Positions 43,601-55,915 of a stretch of DNA of 64,000 bases are shown one piece after another. This DNA comes from Albugo candida (lineage: Eukaryota). The first letter of the stretch is position 1. The number at the start of each line of letters is the position of its first letter. The notes beneath the pieces were generated by a model. That model searched no databases. It had not been told where the DNA came from and saw only the letters and a list, made by a program, of their open reading frames with translations. The translations under genes and the position numbers were made by a program. The DNA is taken from positions 124,001-188,000 of the forward strand of contig JBDOQK010000061.1 in NCBI GenBank assembly GCA_040437565.1. Reading direction: 5' to 3'.

Positions 43601-46600
43601 GAGCTTCGCTGCCCCAAGGCCATGACTGCTGCAAATATACGAGTCACAGTCAAATGCACGAATCCTTTGATTTAAAGTTTTGATGCCAAGCCTAGTAGCA
43701 TGAAGTAGGGAACTGCACATTCCAACAAATAAAAATGTAATGGTTGGGTGGGTTAATCTGAACAATGTGATCCAACATGTACAACTTCAATACAATGGAA
43801 GAGAGCGCTAGAGCAGTGCTATCGATGAAGCAAGAAAAAGTTTATATCTGTTCTGGAGTTGTTTCTGGGTACAGTCCGTCGTAGTTAGCTCCGAATACTT
43901 AATAGTTCTCGCAGGATATCATTCTAGCTTCGAACCGATCCAGCTTCGCGTTTGCGTCCGTTTATGCTCAAATACCCACTTTTGTGGAAGGCTTTGATCT
44001 CTTTGATTATTGGTACAATGTTCCAAGTTCGGGTTTCCTCCAGTGAGGCAGTTCTGAGTCTATAAAATCCTTCCTTAACTGACTCCATTGCTTGGTTGTA
44101 CGTCTTCGGATCCAGCTCAATCAGCACTGACACGATTTCTCAATCCAAAGCTTTCTTTTCTTGGTTTCTTGTAACGATCTTGTGTCTTGGATCCTTCTTG
44201 ATGAGATCCGCTCACGTTCATATAGCAGTTGTGATGGATTCACTTCCAACGTCGGTATCCTCATTGGCTTTCACGTCTACGTCTGTCAAATCCTGTTGGC
44301 GTCCCTTATTATCTATTTCCATTTGCTCCTTCTAGCTTTGACTCCACATTTGAGATGTGTTGAGTAATAACGACCGTCTTTGATTTTGGTATATACGCTT
44401 TGTACCCTTTAATTACATCGCAATTTCCGATAACAATGCCTAGTCCACTTCGCTTTGCGTGAGACTTTTCCGAATTCGAACTCGAACCGAACAAGGTGAG
44501 TCGAATGTTACGACATCAACAAGACTTGTACCCTTTGGAGGGAGTTGTCTTCCTATATTTACTCTGGTTGGGCTTTTATTAAAAATATTAGTCGAAAATT
44601 TAGATGCACCTCCTCAAAAATATAAAGTCATAGAGCTTTCATATATCATAGACCACACCAGGTTCATGACTGTCCTTTGCATTCGTTTAGCTTTCCTATT
44701 TCTTTGTACTCCATCTTTTTTGCAAAAACGCTGACATTTCTGATCGATTTAACGTCAATAGGCAATGGGAGTATTTGCAATGACGCCGCCACTGCGATTT
44801 TGAGTCGTGCTGAAGTGCTTTATCANNNNNNNNNNNNNNNNNNNNNNNNNNNNNNNNNNNNNNNNNNNNNNNNNNNNNNNNNNNNNNNNNNNNNNNNNNN
44901 NNNNNNNNNNNNNNNNNNNNNNNNNAACTGACTCCATTGCTTGGTTGTACGTCTTCGGATCCAGCTCAATCAGCACTGACACGATTTCTCAATCCAAAGC
45001 TTTCTTTTCTTGGTTTCTTGTAACGATCTTGTGTCTTGGATCCTTCTTGATGAGATCCGCTCACGTTCATATAGCAGTTGTGATGGATTCACTTCCAACG
45101 TCGGTATCCTCATTGGCTTTCACGTCTACGTCTGTCAAATCCTGTTGGCGTCCCTTATTATCTATTTCCATTTGCTCCTTCTAGCTTTGACTCCACATTT
45201 GAGATGTGTTGAGTAATAACGACCGTCTTTGATTTTGGTATATACGCTTTGTACCCTTTAATTACATCGCAATTTCCGATAACAATGCCTAGTCCACTTC
45301 GCTTTGCGTGAGACTTTTCCGAATTCGAACTCGAACCGAACAAGGTGAGTCGAATGTTACGACATCAACAAGACTTGTACCCTTTGGAGGGAGTTGTCTT
45401 CCTATATTTACTCTGGTTGGGCTTTTATTAAAAATATTAGTCGAAAATTTAGATGCACCTCCTCAAAAATATAAAGTCATAGAGCTTTCATATATCATAG
45501 ACCACACCAGGTTCATGACTGTCCTTTGCATTCGTTTAGCTTTCCTATTTCTTTGTACTCCATCTTTTTTGCAAAAACGCTGACATTTCTGATCGATTTA
45601 ACGTCAATAGGCAATGGGAGTATTTGCAATGACGCCGCCACTGCGATTTTGAGTCGTGCTGAAGTGCTTTATCAACGAAGTTTGATTCATGAATTCGACG
45701 TTTTATTATCTTGCGCCACTCTTCAGTACGCGTGAGCACAAAATGAATCAATTTCCTGTACTCTGCACCGCCATCAGTTCGAAATACATGAATGTTGCAA
45801 TCAAATTGCTTCCGAAGTAAATAAAGAAACCTTAGAACTTTGTAGCTGCTTCAACTCAAGTCTTGGCCAAGNNNNNNNNNNNNNNNNNNNNNNNNNNNNN
45901 NNNNNNNNNNNNNNNNNNNNNNNNNNNNNNNNNNNNNNNNNNNNNNNNNNNNNNNNNNNNNNNNNNNNNNNTTATCTTGCGCCACTCTTCAGTACGCGTG
46001 AGCACAAAATGAATCAATTTCCTGTACTCTGCACCGCCATCAGTTCGAAATACATGAATGTTGCAATCAAATTGCTTCCGAAGTAAATAAAGAAACCTTA
46101 GAACTTTGTAGCTGCTTCAACTCAAGTCTTGGCCAAGAATAGGCGGCAATAGTTCGATTTATAGTCGATGAAATTGGCCAAATATCGGCTTGCACGTCGG
46201 TCTTGAGGCATGAGGGAACCCTTCAAATCACTGCATATAACTCCACCAATTTGTTCAGTTGGTTAGTTTAGACCGATATCTTTTCGAGACGGCTTGTTCT
46301 TCGTTTGCTTGCTTTCCGCGCAAGTACCGCATTCAAATCGTTAATGGGCATCAATCTTAACCCCTGATTCCAGAAGCTTTTCTATACGCTCAATATTATC
46401 GTACTTTAGCTAGAGTAATCGTTGATGGAAGTGTAGAAGACTTCACGTTTGCTTGTTTGTTTTGTTCACGGAATCAATTGAAGCGAGGATATCCATAACA
46501 CTGGATACTCGTTCTCGATCTTCTGTCTCGACAATGAGAACGTTCTTGACCATAGTAAATTTAAACACGATCGCACCATCAGAGTTACGTCAACAACTCT

Positions 46601-46788
46601 TGTTCAATCTGCTTGATACATCACCCTAAACCCTTTAACCTGTTGGCAGGTGAGTGAAGATGGTTGCGTTTCAGAAAATTGCCCAAACGGAGGTTTTCTT
46701 GTAAGATAATTGAAATTCTAACCAATCATTTATACTAAGTACCAAGTGCGACTAGAAACCTAAAGCACAATGTTGAGTTCTACCAATA
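40661..46788 (-). mobile_element. Ty1/copia LTR retrotransposon 2, degenerate, gag deleted, inserted in the LINE
   Basis: 148-bp LTRs 40661-40808 and 46641-46788, perfect 5-bp TSD GAATA (40656-40660, 46789-46793), PBS-like GGTTAAAGGG and PPT GAAAGAAAGGAG. Integrase FRTDGGAEY, then DPKTYNQAM, RT (YGLKQ, GVYVGDI) and RNase H (WSCKKQ; RAKHIDVR...MADLQTKA). Confidence 0.9.
41395..41637 (-). mobile_element. tRNA-derived SINE, copy 3 (complete)
   Basis: - strand begins GGGTCCGTACCCAGCTCAGTCGGTT (box A-like), has GTTCGATCC (box B) and ends GTGTAATGAAATCCTTGACAA. Perfect 15-bp TSD CGCGCAACGCTTACT at 41380-41394 and 41638-41652. Confidence 0.9.
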
Positions 46789-49700
46789 GAATACGCTTCG
46801 CCCAACATGCCAAGATTGTGCGAAACGTTTCGCGTACTTGAATTACGAGTAGTAGCTTGATAATGTAGTTCTCTGTCGGAGTGAAACCACACGGTTATTT
46901 CATCTAGTACTGACGACGTTGTAAAAACTCCTTGCTGATCAGCTGCACGTGGTTCGAATCTTTTTTTGCTTCCGATCAAGCACAAATCGATTTAGCATCG
47001 CCTTCCACTGTCGCATAGTCTCCGCTGGTATGCTAACGTGCATAGTGTAACGCCACAGACGGGACAAAATCATCGTCTGCGCAACAAGAAGTCGACCACG
47101 GACAGTTCGTGTTCGTTGAAACCATATACCAGACCCATCATGAAACGCTTGTGGGGAGTTGAAATAACCATCGAATGATTCGGTGTCTGGCCGAACGGAA
47201 TACCCAAAGACTTGACCAAATCCTTCGAACCCATTATGGTCAAATTGGGAATACGAGGACACGGCATGGTCCGATTTAACGAGAGCAAAGATGATTTACT
47301 ATTTACAAGTTGAGTTTCGCACCAGATCCATCGCAATAGACTTGCACGAGTTCGAGCTGCGTCAAAACACCATTTGTTGTCTTTGTAAGCAATGTCGAAT
47401 AGTCCGGAAAAACAGAGTCCAGATGCAACAGCTGTGTCATTGAGTATAATCTCGAAGTTGACAAGGTGAATTTCAAAAAAGTCCAATCGTCATCACCAAA
47501 ACGTAATTTTGAGAGAGGATCTCCTTGTTCCACTCCACGTTGGGGTGTAATGAACGGTGTGATATTGCCAATAATCATCGACTGCGCCTTCTGTTAATGT
47601 ACTGTACAAAAGACGAACCCAGTTGATAAATGTTTTTCTCAACGCCCAATTTATTCAAAAGGGGAAACATATACGTCCCAATGACTCGATCATAGGCTTT
47701 CTCAAAGTCGACAAAAGCCGCATACGCTTCCTCCCCCCGATGAGTTACCAAGTCTCGGATGCCGGTGAGAGGTCCCATATGGTGATGCATCGACCGTCCT
47801 CGCACAAATGCGTTTTGACCTTGAAGGATCAATTTTGGCAAAATCGTTGTATTCGATGCGCCAAGACTTTTGAAAGTACTGACACATTTAGACAAAGTAG
47901 TGCGATCGACCGACAGTCGCCAGGATCATTCGTTATCTTTTTTTGTATAAGAAGGAGATTGCCGAGTGACTTTGTGATCGAAGTAAGATCCCTCTTGCCA
48001 GCTGATATTCAAACACGGTCTTTAGACTCTCCAAACGTTTCCGCATCAGCCTGGTAAATACAGCTGGCAGTCCATCCACACCTTGAGAAGAACTACTCAA
48101 CATATGCTTGATCGCTTCCGTCATCTGGTTCGAACTTAATCGAGTTGAGAGACGGTCTTGCTTTTCTGGCGCAAGGGAATTTTAAATCGAATTTGATAGC
48201 ATTTTTATTTATTTATCATGGATTAGCTGAGTCGGTCTCGAGCTATAGAGGTAGCTCATGATCACCCCAATGATCCCTAGATTCATTGATTATTTTCCTC
48301 AGATTCGATGTCACGGTGCCACAGTTTCGATCGGCACGCAACCATAAGATCTATCCGTAGGCCAACAAAATGCTTGGGGAAGCTCTACATATGCTTCACG
48401 TGATGCTAGAAGCTTTCATGTCGGTTGTATTTGGCATTGTATTTGTCCGAAATTTTGAATTGTTAGAGAGTCGATTCTAAGTGACTGATTGGTCTCTTGG
48501 GTGCGATGTCAAGCTGCTGCGCCCGCCAAAACACGCTGGATAGACTCAGCATCATGTCGGCTATCTTGTGCAATTTGTTTTTTTCAATCCCTGAAGTTGT
48601 TTCTTGATTTTGTCTTCCAACTGTACCACATTATCTGGGATTCGAATCTGTCGCAGCGTTTCGACCACCAAAATTCGCTTCCTTTTTGAATTATTCGATA
48701 GATAGAGGATATCCATATAGTCGTAATGAATATTCAAATATCCTCTCCCCGTAGATTAAGCAGAATCTGACTGACGGTAGCACCGACAGCTTGCAAGAAA
48801 GTAGTGACGCACCGACTGCATATCATCTGCCGCATGTCGTGGACGCATATATCCAGAGTTTTTCTATCTAACACATTGAATAGCTCTTACGACATCCAAA
48901 TGTAGTTTAGTCGATTCTTGCGTGGTAGTACTCCTGTGAATAGTCGGATGCTGATTCGCGAAGTATCTACAACACCCAACTGCGAAAGCCATTCCAAACA
49001 CGCAAATCAACTTGTTTCGTGGCGAATTGTTCCACTCGAAGTATCGATAGCTGGATCTAGCGGTTTGTCAAAATCACTAAATGAGAGTGCTAGAGAGTAA
49101 TAACTCATCGAAAATTTATCAGTCTCGGACTTGACCGGTGCATATACATTGTGAATATACACCGGTACATCGTGAATGAGAAGATGCAAAAGCAAATAGC
49201 GATTTCGAATGCTTCGTTCGGTGAGTTAATCAGTTGATCTATAGACATGAAAGTTCGAACGAAGGACTGTCATCACACCGCCACTTTTATTTTGAGTTGA
49301 ATGGAGAAAAGCACGGTTGTGTTCATTGGTAAACATTTTGTGCTGCATTTTTTTTAATTTATATAACCTGAAATGGTTCCAGTTGGCTATGATCGTAAAC
49401 TTCGATTTTTGAGCAAAAAAATGGAGTGGTGTGAAAGGACGTAATAGATATGCATATGACCATTTTTATAAATTCCATTAGGTGGGTCCTCGAATGCTGT
49501 TCCACATTGAATTAATCGAGAATCCCTTAGCATTCACGCTGAAATGGACCGGCAGTCAACTTTTTCTCACCATCTTGAATTGAGAGGTGTGGTGTTGCTA
49601 ATTCTTTCCGGAAAAAGTAAGTTTTGAGGGAGAGATCGTCGATATCACTACAGAGAAACCCTCGCCACTTCCCTCCAAAATTATTGAGAGCAACAGTTGC

Positions 49701-51660
49701 TGCCCACCTCTGAGCGTGACAACGATAGTAGCACATTGGTTAGCAATAAGCGACAGAGGGTTTCCGGAATCGAAAGCACTGCGGCTTCAGTGTAATACTG
49801 GAACCAATTTTCATTTATATAAACAGTGGGGGAAGTACACATTATTACTAATTTCGTCATGCATAGAGCTTTCGTTGATCTTGTCAAACCGTCACCAACC
49901 TGTCAACTACATCGTTTCGCAAACCGAACATCTTCATTCAAATTATGAGAAGCGAATACTCGACTAATCCTGATTATGTGCGCCACTTCATCCAAAGCAC
50001 TATCATTCGAATCTATAACACTAAGTATCACACCATTCATTGTGATCGGGTGATCAAACGCTGCTCGGATGATTTTGTCCGGGTTGGTACATAGCTTTAC
50101 GATCCTTTTCACATGAGATATCAGTGCATCCGCTTGGACCTTTTTTTTGGTCGGACTGTGTAGATGGCACTTTTAGAATCAATTTCTATTAGCTCTCCCC
50201 CTCCACCAACCCGAATTGATCGTTCCGTTATTTTGACCTTGGTGGGGCGCTTTCGAGAAATGGACAGCCTATTTTTGAAGTAGCTTCATCTCTTGACATC
50301 CGTGTTCCCACGAGAAGAATCTGGAAACGGGATTCAGGCTTTGGTTTGCCTAACGCTTCAAACTCCTCTATCTCCACCTCCATAGTTTCAAGCGTCGAGT
50401 AGTTATTACTAGTGACCAATTCAGGTAGAGCACTTGGGCGTGCTTTCGAAACCATGTGGCGAAATGGATCCACAAAGTGACGTTTATTGAAAGAATGAGA
50501 CAACTGCATGTCTATATCCCCACCCCAATCTATGGTTCTGATGAGAACGAATGGCTCTGGGTTTTTGGATAGAATTGGGGTTGGTTGTGGAAGTTACGAA
50601 GCTCCCGGAGGTGTGATATCGGGAGGACACTTGAATGCCAACGATATTTGATTGGGGCTCTGCCTCCCCGCTATCGTTGCCGCTTCTTTCTCGTTTATAC
50701 CTGGCACAACCAACGATTTTGTGGCGACCATGAGTGCCTTTTTTCTTTATCTTGTTGATTTTCAAACTGCCATTGGGGTAGTAGCTACGCCTTTTTGATC
50801 CAAACACTATGATCAGCACTGAACAAAACGTGGACGTTCCGTTGGAATAGCAGAATTCTTACCCCGTACCGGGAAGAGCTATTTGTCGAATGCGACTTTC
50901 TCGCATAACTTTCCCACAACAATGCTTCTGAACATGTGGAGGACGCAAAGCAAGTTTTCCGCGTCGATATATCCACTACTTAGAGGACTTAGCTTCTCGA
51001 AAGGTATCAAGAAGGTTTCCACATTTCTTTTCGTGGAGGGATTTCAAAACACCCTCACGCTCAACTTACCAACCGACTCCAATCATTGCAAGATGATACC
51101 AGAGTTCTAAAATGGCGTACTCTTGAAAGAAGTACTTCTCGCCCATAACAGAGATCAACTGGCACTCCACTTGCCCTCACGCGTCTGTGGACGTAACCGT
51201 CACACTTAAATCACCTTCTTAAAGCTCAGAGAATTGTCCAATCTGGCGACTATGCAAAATAGATTCGGAAACCGGGTTGCCGTGATGGCTGAAGAGTGAT
51301 GTTAGTGATTTCGCATCAATATTATGGGACAATACATGGACCGTTTCCAAGATCATTAAAGAGACTGCTCTCGCAATCTTGAAAGGCCGTGCGGTCTCGA
51401 TGTTGGCGACCACAACTGACCAATTGCTTGATATAGCTTCGCAGATCAGTATTGATGCCCGTGAGAGCTGATGCCGAGTGTTTTATGTTATTTAGTATTG
51501 TCGACTAGCGAGTAAATCATTACATTCTGGGATGCATACGCAATGTATGATTTTTTTTTGCGTCGCCGATGTGTACAATGAAAATTTAGCGATAAAAGGC
51601 CGGGTTTCTAAAAAAAATGTTCGGATAAAGAATCGCTCGTAAAATTATTGTTTTACAAAA

Positions 51661-51776
51661 GGGATTCGTTATGCGGCACTCACCTTTTCTGTAATCAGCA
51701 CTCAGTTTCAATAAAGTAGTACATTCGTGGCCTCTGATTGGTGAAAATAAGTATAACAGAATAAAGCATTAAAATT
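51661..51776. mobile_element. Mutator-family terminal arm related to 24873-24974
   Basis: GGGATTCGTTATGCGGCACTCACCTTTTCTGTAATCAG...CGTGGCCTCTGATTGG resembles the arm at 24873. Confidence 0.6.
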
Positions 51777-54501
51777 GGGTACCGCTAACCAGCCCGCAGT
51801 TTTCGCTAACCAGCCCTCACCCTTAAATATAGCGCCCTTGCGTTATAATTACGAGTTCGGATTGGCTAAATACAGCACCCTCAAGTTATCGTTACGAGTT
51901 CTGATTGGCAAGAGAGATTATAATTATCTAAGAAGTGGTTTTACAATGTTAAGATTGGCTTAAACGATCAATAAGCTCTATAAAAGGACGCAAACCAACA
52001 TGTTCTTAATCATCGACAGTATCCAAAGTATCAAGATTGATCTCAGCTTTGAATGAGCAAGCCGCATCGTCGTTATTACGAGATTTATTGCACCTTCTTC
52101 TGTTGTGCCCTGTTTTTTCGTCCACAGTTGCCACATCGTCTTTTCGGTCGAAGACACGCCTCCACCACCTCAAACTGCGATAAATTGCTCTGCGTCAATC
52201 CTGACGGACGTCCACAAATGCGTGGATTCAAAGGATTTAGGACAATCTCATCCGGGACGGTAACTAGGTACTCGGGGATCACCTTTTTGTGATATGTCGA
52301 ACCCTCGTCGTATTGTTCGCGAAATCATTTTATTGTTTCGTCTATTGATGGTGGTGGTGCAAGGTTTATCTCCCGAACAGGCTGAACGAGCCACCAATGT
52401 GTGTCAAATCATCGCGAGAAAGGCCGCGGGTCGGTGTTGCGGCTGCTCTTGATCGGAATGCGTGCTTGCATGGATGACCGAGATTCGAGACAAACATGAC
52501 TTGACAGTCTCCTTCATCATCCCTGTCTCTTTATTTTTGGAAGCTGATTTAAGCGCTGCCACCGAAACCTTCCCCATTGCCCCAGCAAAGACTTGTCCAA
52601 ACTGCATATTGGCGATTGCACCCTCTCGTGCGGTTTGCAGTCTGATGGCTGCAAGTTGCCCTTCGCACGCCAGTCGGCAAGCGGAGTCTACCATCCAAAG
52701 GTCGCCTGTTGATACAGCAATCCACTTCTTCAACGCAGAGTGCGCACTCTTTACTCGTGAAGTCGTTGTATGGCCAAGATGCAGTTTGTCGAGAAAAAAA
52801 GCAGACACAAATTTTTCTTTGTGCGCAAGCCAAGTCTCATCAATGTATGTCCTGACTTGACGCGGGAAGGACTACCGCATCTCTGTAAGACGACGCTGGT
52901 AAATCTGAGTTGTTGATGACATTACCAACGCATTCCATTGGCCCGTGAACTCCTTGAATGCCTTCATAGACTCGAACGTCCTACGCTGCCTGGCGAGGAT
53001 ATTTTTACTGATGTTCCAGCGACAGAGTAGATTGTTAGTTGCAGGAAATGCATCGTCAAGTGCATTCATGAGAGCTAATTCCCTATCGGTGACAAAAGTC
53101 ACTGGAGACACCAAGAAGTTCATGGACGTCTGTTACAAAAGCCTTATTGCCCAAAGATAGTCCTCGGAGCTTTCTCCAGCCATAAATATGTAAGCAAAGT
53201 GAAAGGCTGGCTTGTCGCGCTGACTCCTACAACGTGCAAAAGTGAAACTCTAAAACGGTTAGCTTTGTAAGTAGAGTCCAGTAACCAGATCCTCCCAGCA
53301 CTAAATTTGCAACAAAGTTCTTTCNNNNNNNNNNNNNNNNNNNNNNNNNNNNNNNNNNNNNNNNNNNNNNNNNNNNNNNNNNNNNNNNNNNNNNNNNNNN
53401 NNNNNNNNNNNNNNNNNNNNNNNNGTCACTGGAGACACCAAGAAGTTCATGGACGTCTGTTACAAAAGCCTTATTGCCCAAAGATAGTCCTCGGAGCTTT
53501 CTCCAGCCATAAATATGTAAGCAAAGTGAAAGGCTGGCTTGTCGCGCTGACTCCTACAACGTGCAAAAGTGAAACTCTAAAACGGTTAGCTTTGTAAGTA
53601 GAGTCCAGTAACCAGATCCTCCCAGCACTAAATTTGCAACAAAGTTCTTTCGCCGATGGAAAGACAATGAAGAGGTGAGTCAGTCGCCGTTCGGCGTCAA
53701 ACATGGTATGATATGGCGCGGAGACTTGTGCAGATACAATACCATCAAGAAGGGCAGCCAGCGGTGTTCTTCCAGGTAACAAATGCCTACGTTCCGAGTC
53801 ACGAATATTGTACATATCACGAGGTGTTACCGTGAAATTGATATTGCGCATTTGTGCGACGATACGCGCAGGCGCCAGACCCGACCGAAGATAAGTTAAA
53901 ATTTGTTGTCGCTCATCGATTTCGAGAGCACGGCCATGTGGATGTACGGCAGCATCTACGAAAGGCTTGTGCTTGTGCGCAAGTTGATTGGCCTCAACAA
54001 CCCAGTGAACCAAGCCTCCGCGTCCTAGCATTCAGCGAATCATCAAAGCAGACTGGCATGCTGTTTCCAGCTTCCACGTAAGCGTTTACACTTCTGGGAC
54101 ATGGAAGTTGCTTTCTCAGCACAAGAGCATTTAAGACATATAGCTTTGATTTCACCGTCGGAACGGTTGCCAACCCTCCTTATTCTTTTCCAAGTAAATA
54201 CGAAGCCTTCATCTTGAGATTGACGGGTCACTGTTAATATAGCCTCTTCTAAAGACGCGTAAGTAGTGTCGACGATGTCTTCAAATTGACTCATGGTTGG
54301 CAAAACGGAAGAGTAATGGTATGACAAAACTTGCCAGCTCTCGCGTTTCGAACGATCTATATTATATTGAAATAAGTATAGTCTCTCTAGCAAATCAGAA
54401 CTCGTAATGATAACTTAAGGGTTCTCTATTTAGCCAATAAGAACTCGTAATCGTAACTTAAGGGTGCTGTATTTAGGGGTGAGGGCTGGTTAGCGGCTCC
54501 C
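51777..54501 (-). mobile_element. Mutator-like (FAR1/MULE) transposon with a nearly complete but frameshifted transposase
   Basis: TIRs GGGTACCGCTAACCAGCCC...ACGAGTTC / GAACTCGT...GGGCTGGTTAGCGGCTCCC. 8-bp TSD TTAAAATT / TTAAAATC. ORF from MSQFEDIV (~54295) through LLDSTYKANRFRVSLLHVVG, FVTDRELALMNAL...LLCRWNI and TTTSRVKSAHSALK to a C-terminal RRCGNCG knuckle. Confidence 0.92.
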
Positions 54502-54511
54502 TTAAAATCAA

Positions 54512-55915
54512 GGGAATCGTTGATCAGCCCCCACCCTTCATAATTTGTTGTAAATCGTGGCCTCTAGTTGGTCTGAAGAAATACAACAAAATGAAAACAA
54601 TAAAATCAAAAAAACTTTCGGTTCTGCAAATTCTGTACAGTACTACTTAATCTAAGTCTGTAGTCTAAATCTACCGCTGCAAGTTTTGATGGTGCTGTTG
54701 GTGCTGCTGTTCCTTCTTGACGGTAGCTTCTGGCATTGTGACCTGTTTTTTGGCATTTTCGACATATTCGGCGATGCACAGGAGCATCCAAAGCAGCACT
54801 AACATGGTCAAACTTCGATGTAAGTCGCTGCGTTGAGCTCGATGGCCTACCACGCGTACACACTTGAACAGGATCGAGTATTTCTGTCCCTTAAATTGCC
54901 AAGACATAGTCTAGCAGCGCACGCTTACGATGATTGGAAGCATTCTTCTACTCATCATTTATCCTCTTCAATGCTATCTCAATTCCGATTGGCATGGTCT
55001 CAGCCTCCATGTGAACTGGCATTGGCTGTACCATCCACCAACGCTGATCAAAATCATCAACAGACAGCGGTATTACTTGATGACGAAAAGTATGGGCATA
55101 TGGATAGCCCATTGTGGATGTCAACAAGACTACAAGTAAATTCAAGTTAAGTTGCAGTTGATGGCACTTTGTCGCAATTAATCGCACTTTGTCGCAGTCT
55201 ACAAACTTTGACAATCTCGGACATCGCTAAGCCGCTTCTGGTAGTCCCGATGAGCTGCGCGCAGACCTGCTGCTGAATATTTTCTTTCACCTTTAAGAAC
55301 ATGGAACCTCGCCGCATCGTGACTATAGCCCGCTGCTTTTCGTTTTGCTGCACAACTACAGCAAGCTGGCCTTCGCAGGCAAGGTAAACTGCTGAATTCA
55401 CTGACAGTAGATCCCCTTGCAATGAATGAAATTTCAGATACATCTGACTTTAGCCAGCAAAAACGGCACACAATACAGCTTACCTGTCGACACAGCGATT
55501 CCCGTTTTATGGCGACATGGGCGCTCTTCACCCAGGATGTTGTTACATGCCCATAATGATCCTTATTGGGCAGGAAAGCAGCAGCATACCGCTCCTTGTA
55601 AACCAGCCAAGTTGTCTCGAGGTAGCTCATCGAAGCTGCAGGGAAGGTGGCATGCATTTCTGAAAGTTGAGTTTGAAATTCTGCAATGAATGTCGTGGCA
55701 ACAAGCTGGTTCCAGGCTTGGTAAAATTCTTGCCAGGATTCTGAGGCTTGAAATGCTGTTCTTTGCTTGGCAAGAATGTTGTTGCTGGTATGCCAGCGGC
55801 AAAGTAAGCAACATGCATTATGAAAGGTATCTGAAAGCGCGCTTATCAGCGCAAGGTCTCGGTCATTGACAAAGGTGATTACTGCATGCTGTAGGCCATA
55901 TCTTTAGAAAACTCC
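54512..55915 (-). mobile_element. Mutator-like element, 3' half (same family as 20045-22043), cut off by the gypsy element
   Basis: TIR GGGAATCGTTGATCAGCCCCCACCC. Remnants FVNDRDLALISAL, TTSWVKSAHVAIK, MGYPYAH and RRICRKCQKTGHNAR. Confidence 0.85.

Larger units (their letters stand above)
39002..51480 (-). mobile_element. Near full-length L1/Tx1-like LINE (degenerate), split by copia element 2
   Basis: In - strand order: ORF1 with Cys/His knuckles (~50700-51000), AP endonuclease (YIHNVYAP, ~48850-49500), RT (SSQGVDGLP, QNAFVRGR, FVDFEKAYDRV, RGVEQGDPLS; ~46900-48150), then beyond the copia insert the C-terminal region (39250-40660) and 3' UTR to ~39002. The 5' boundary is approximate. Confidence 0.85.
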
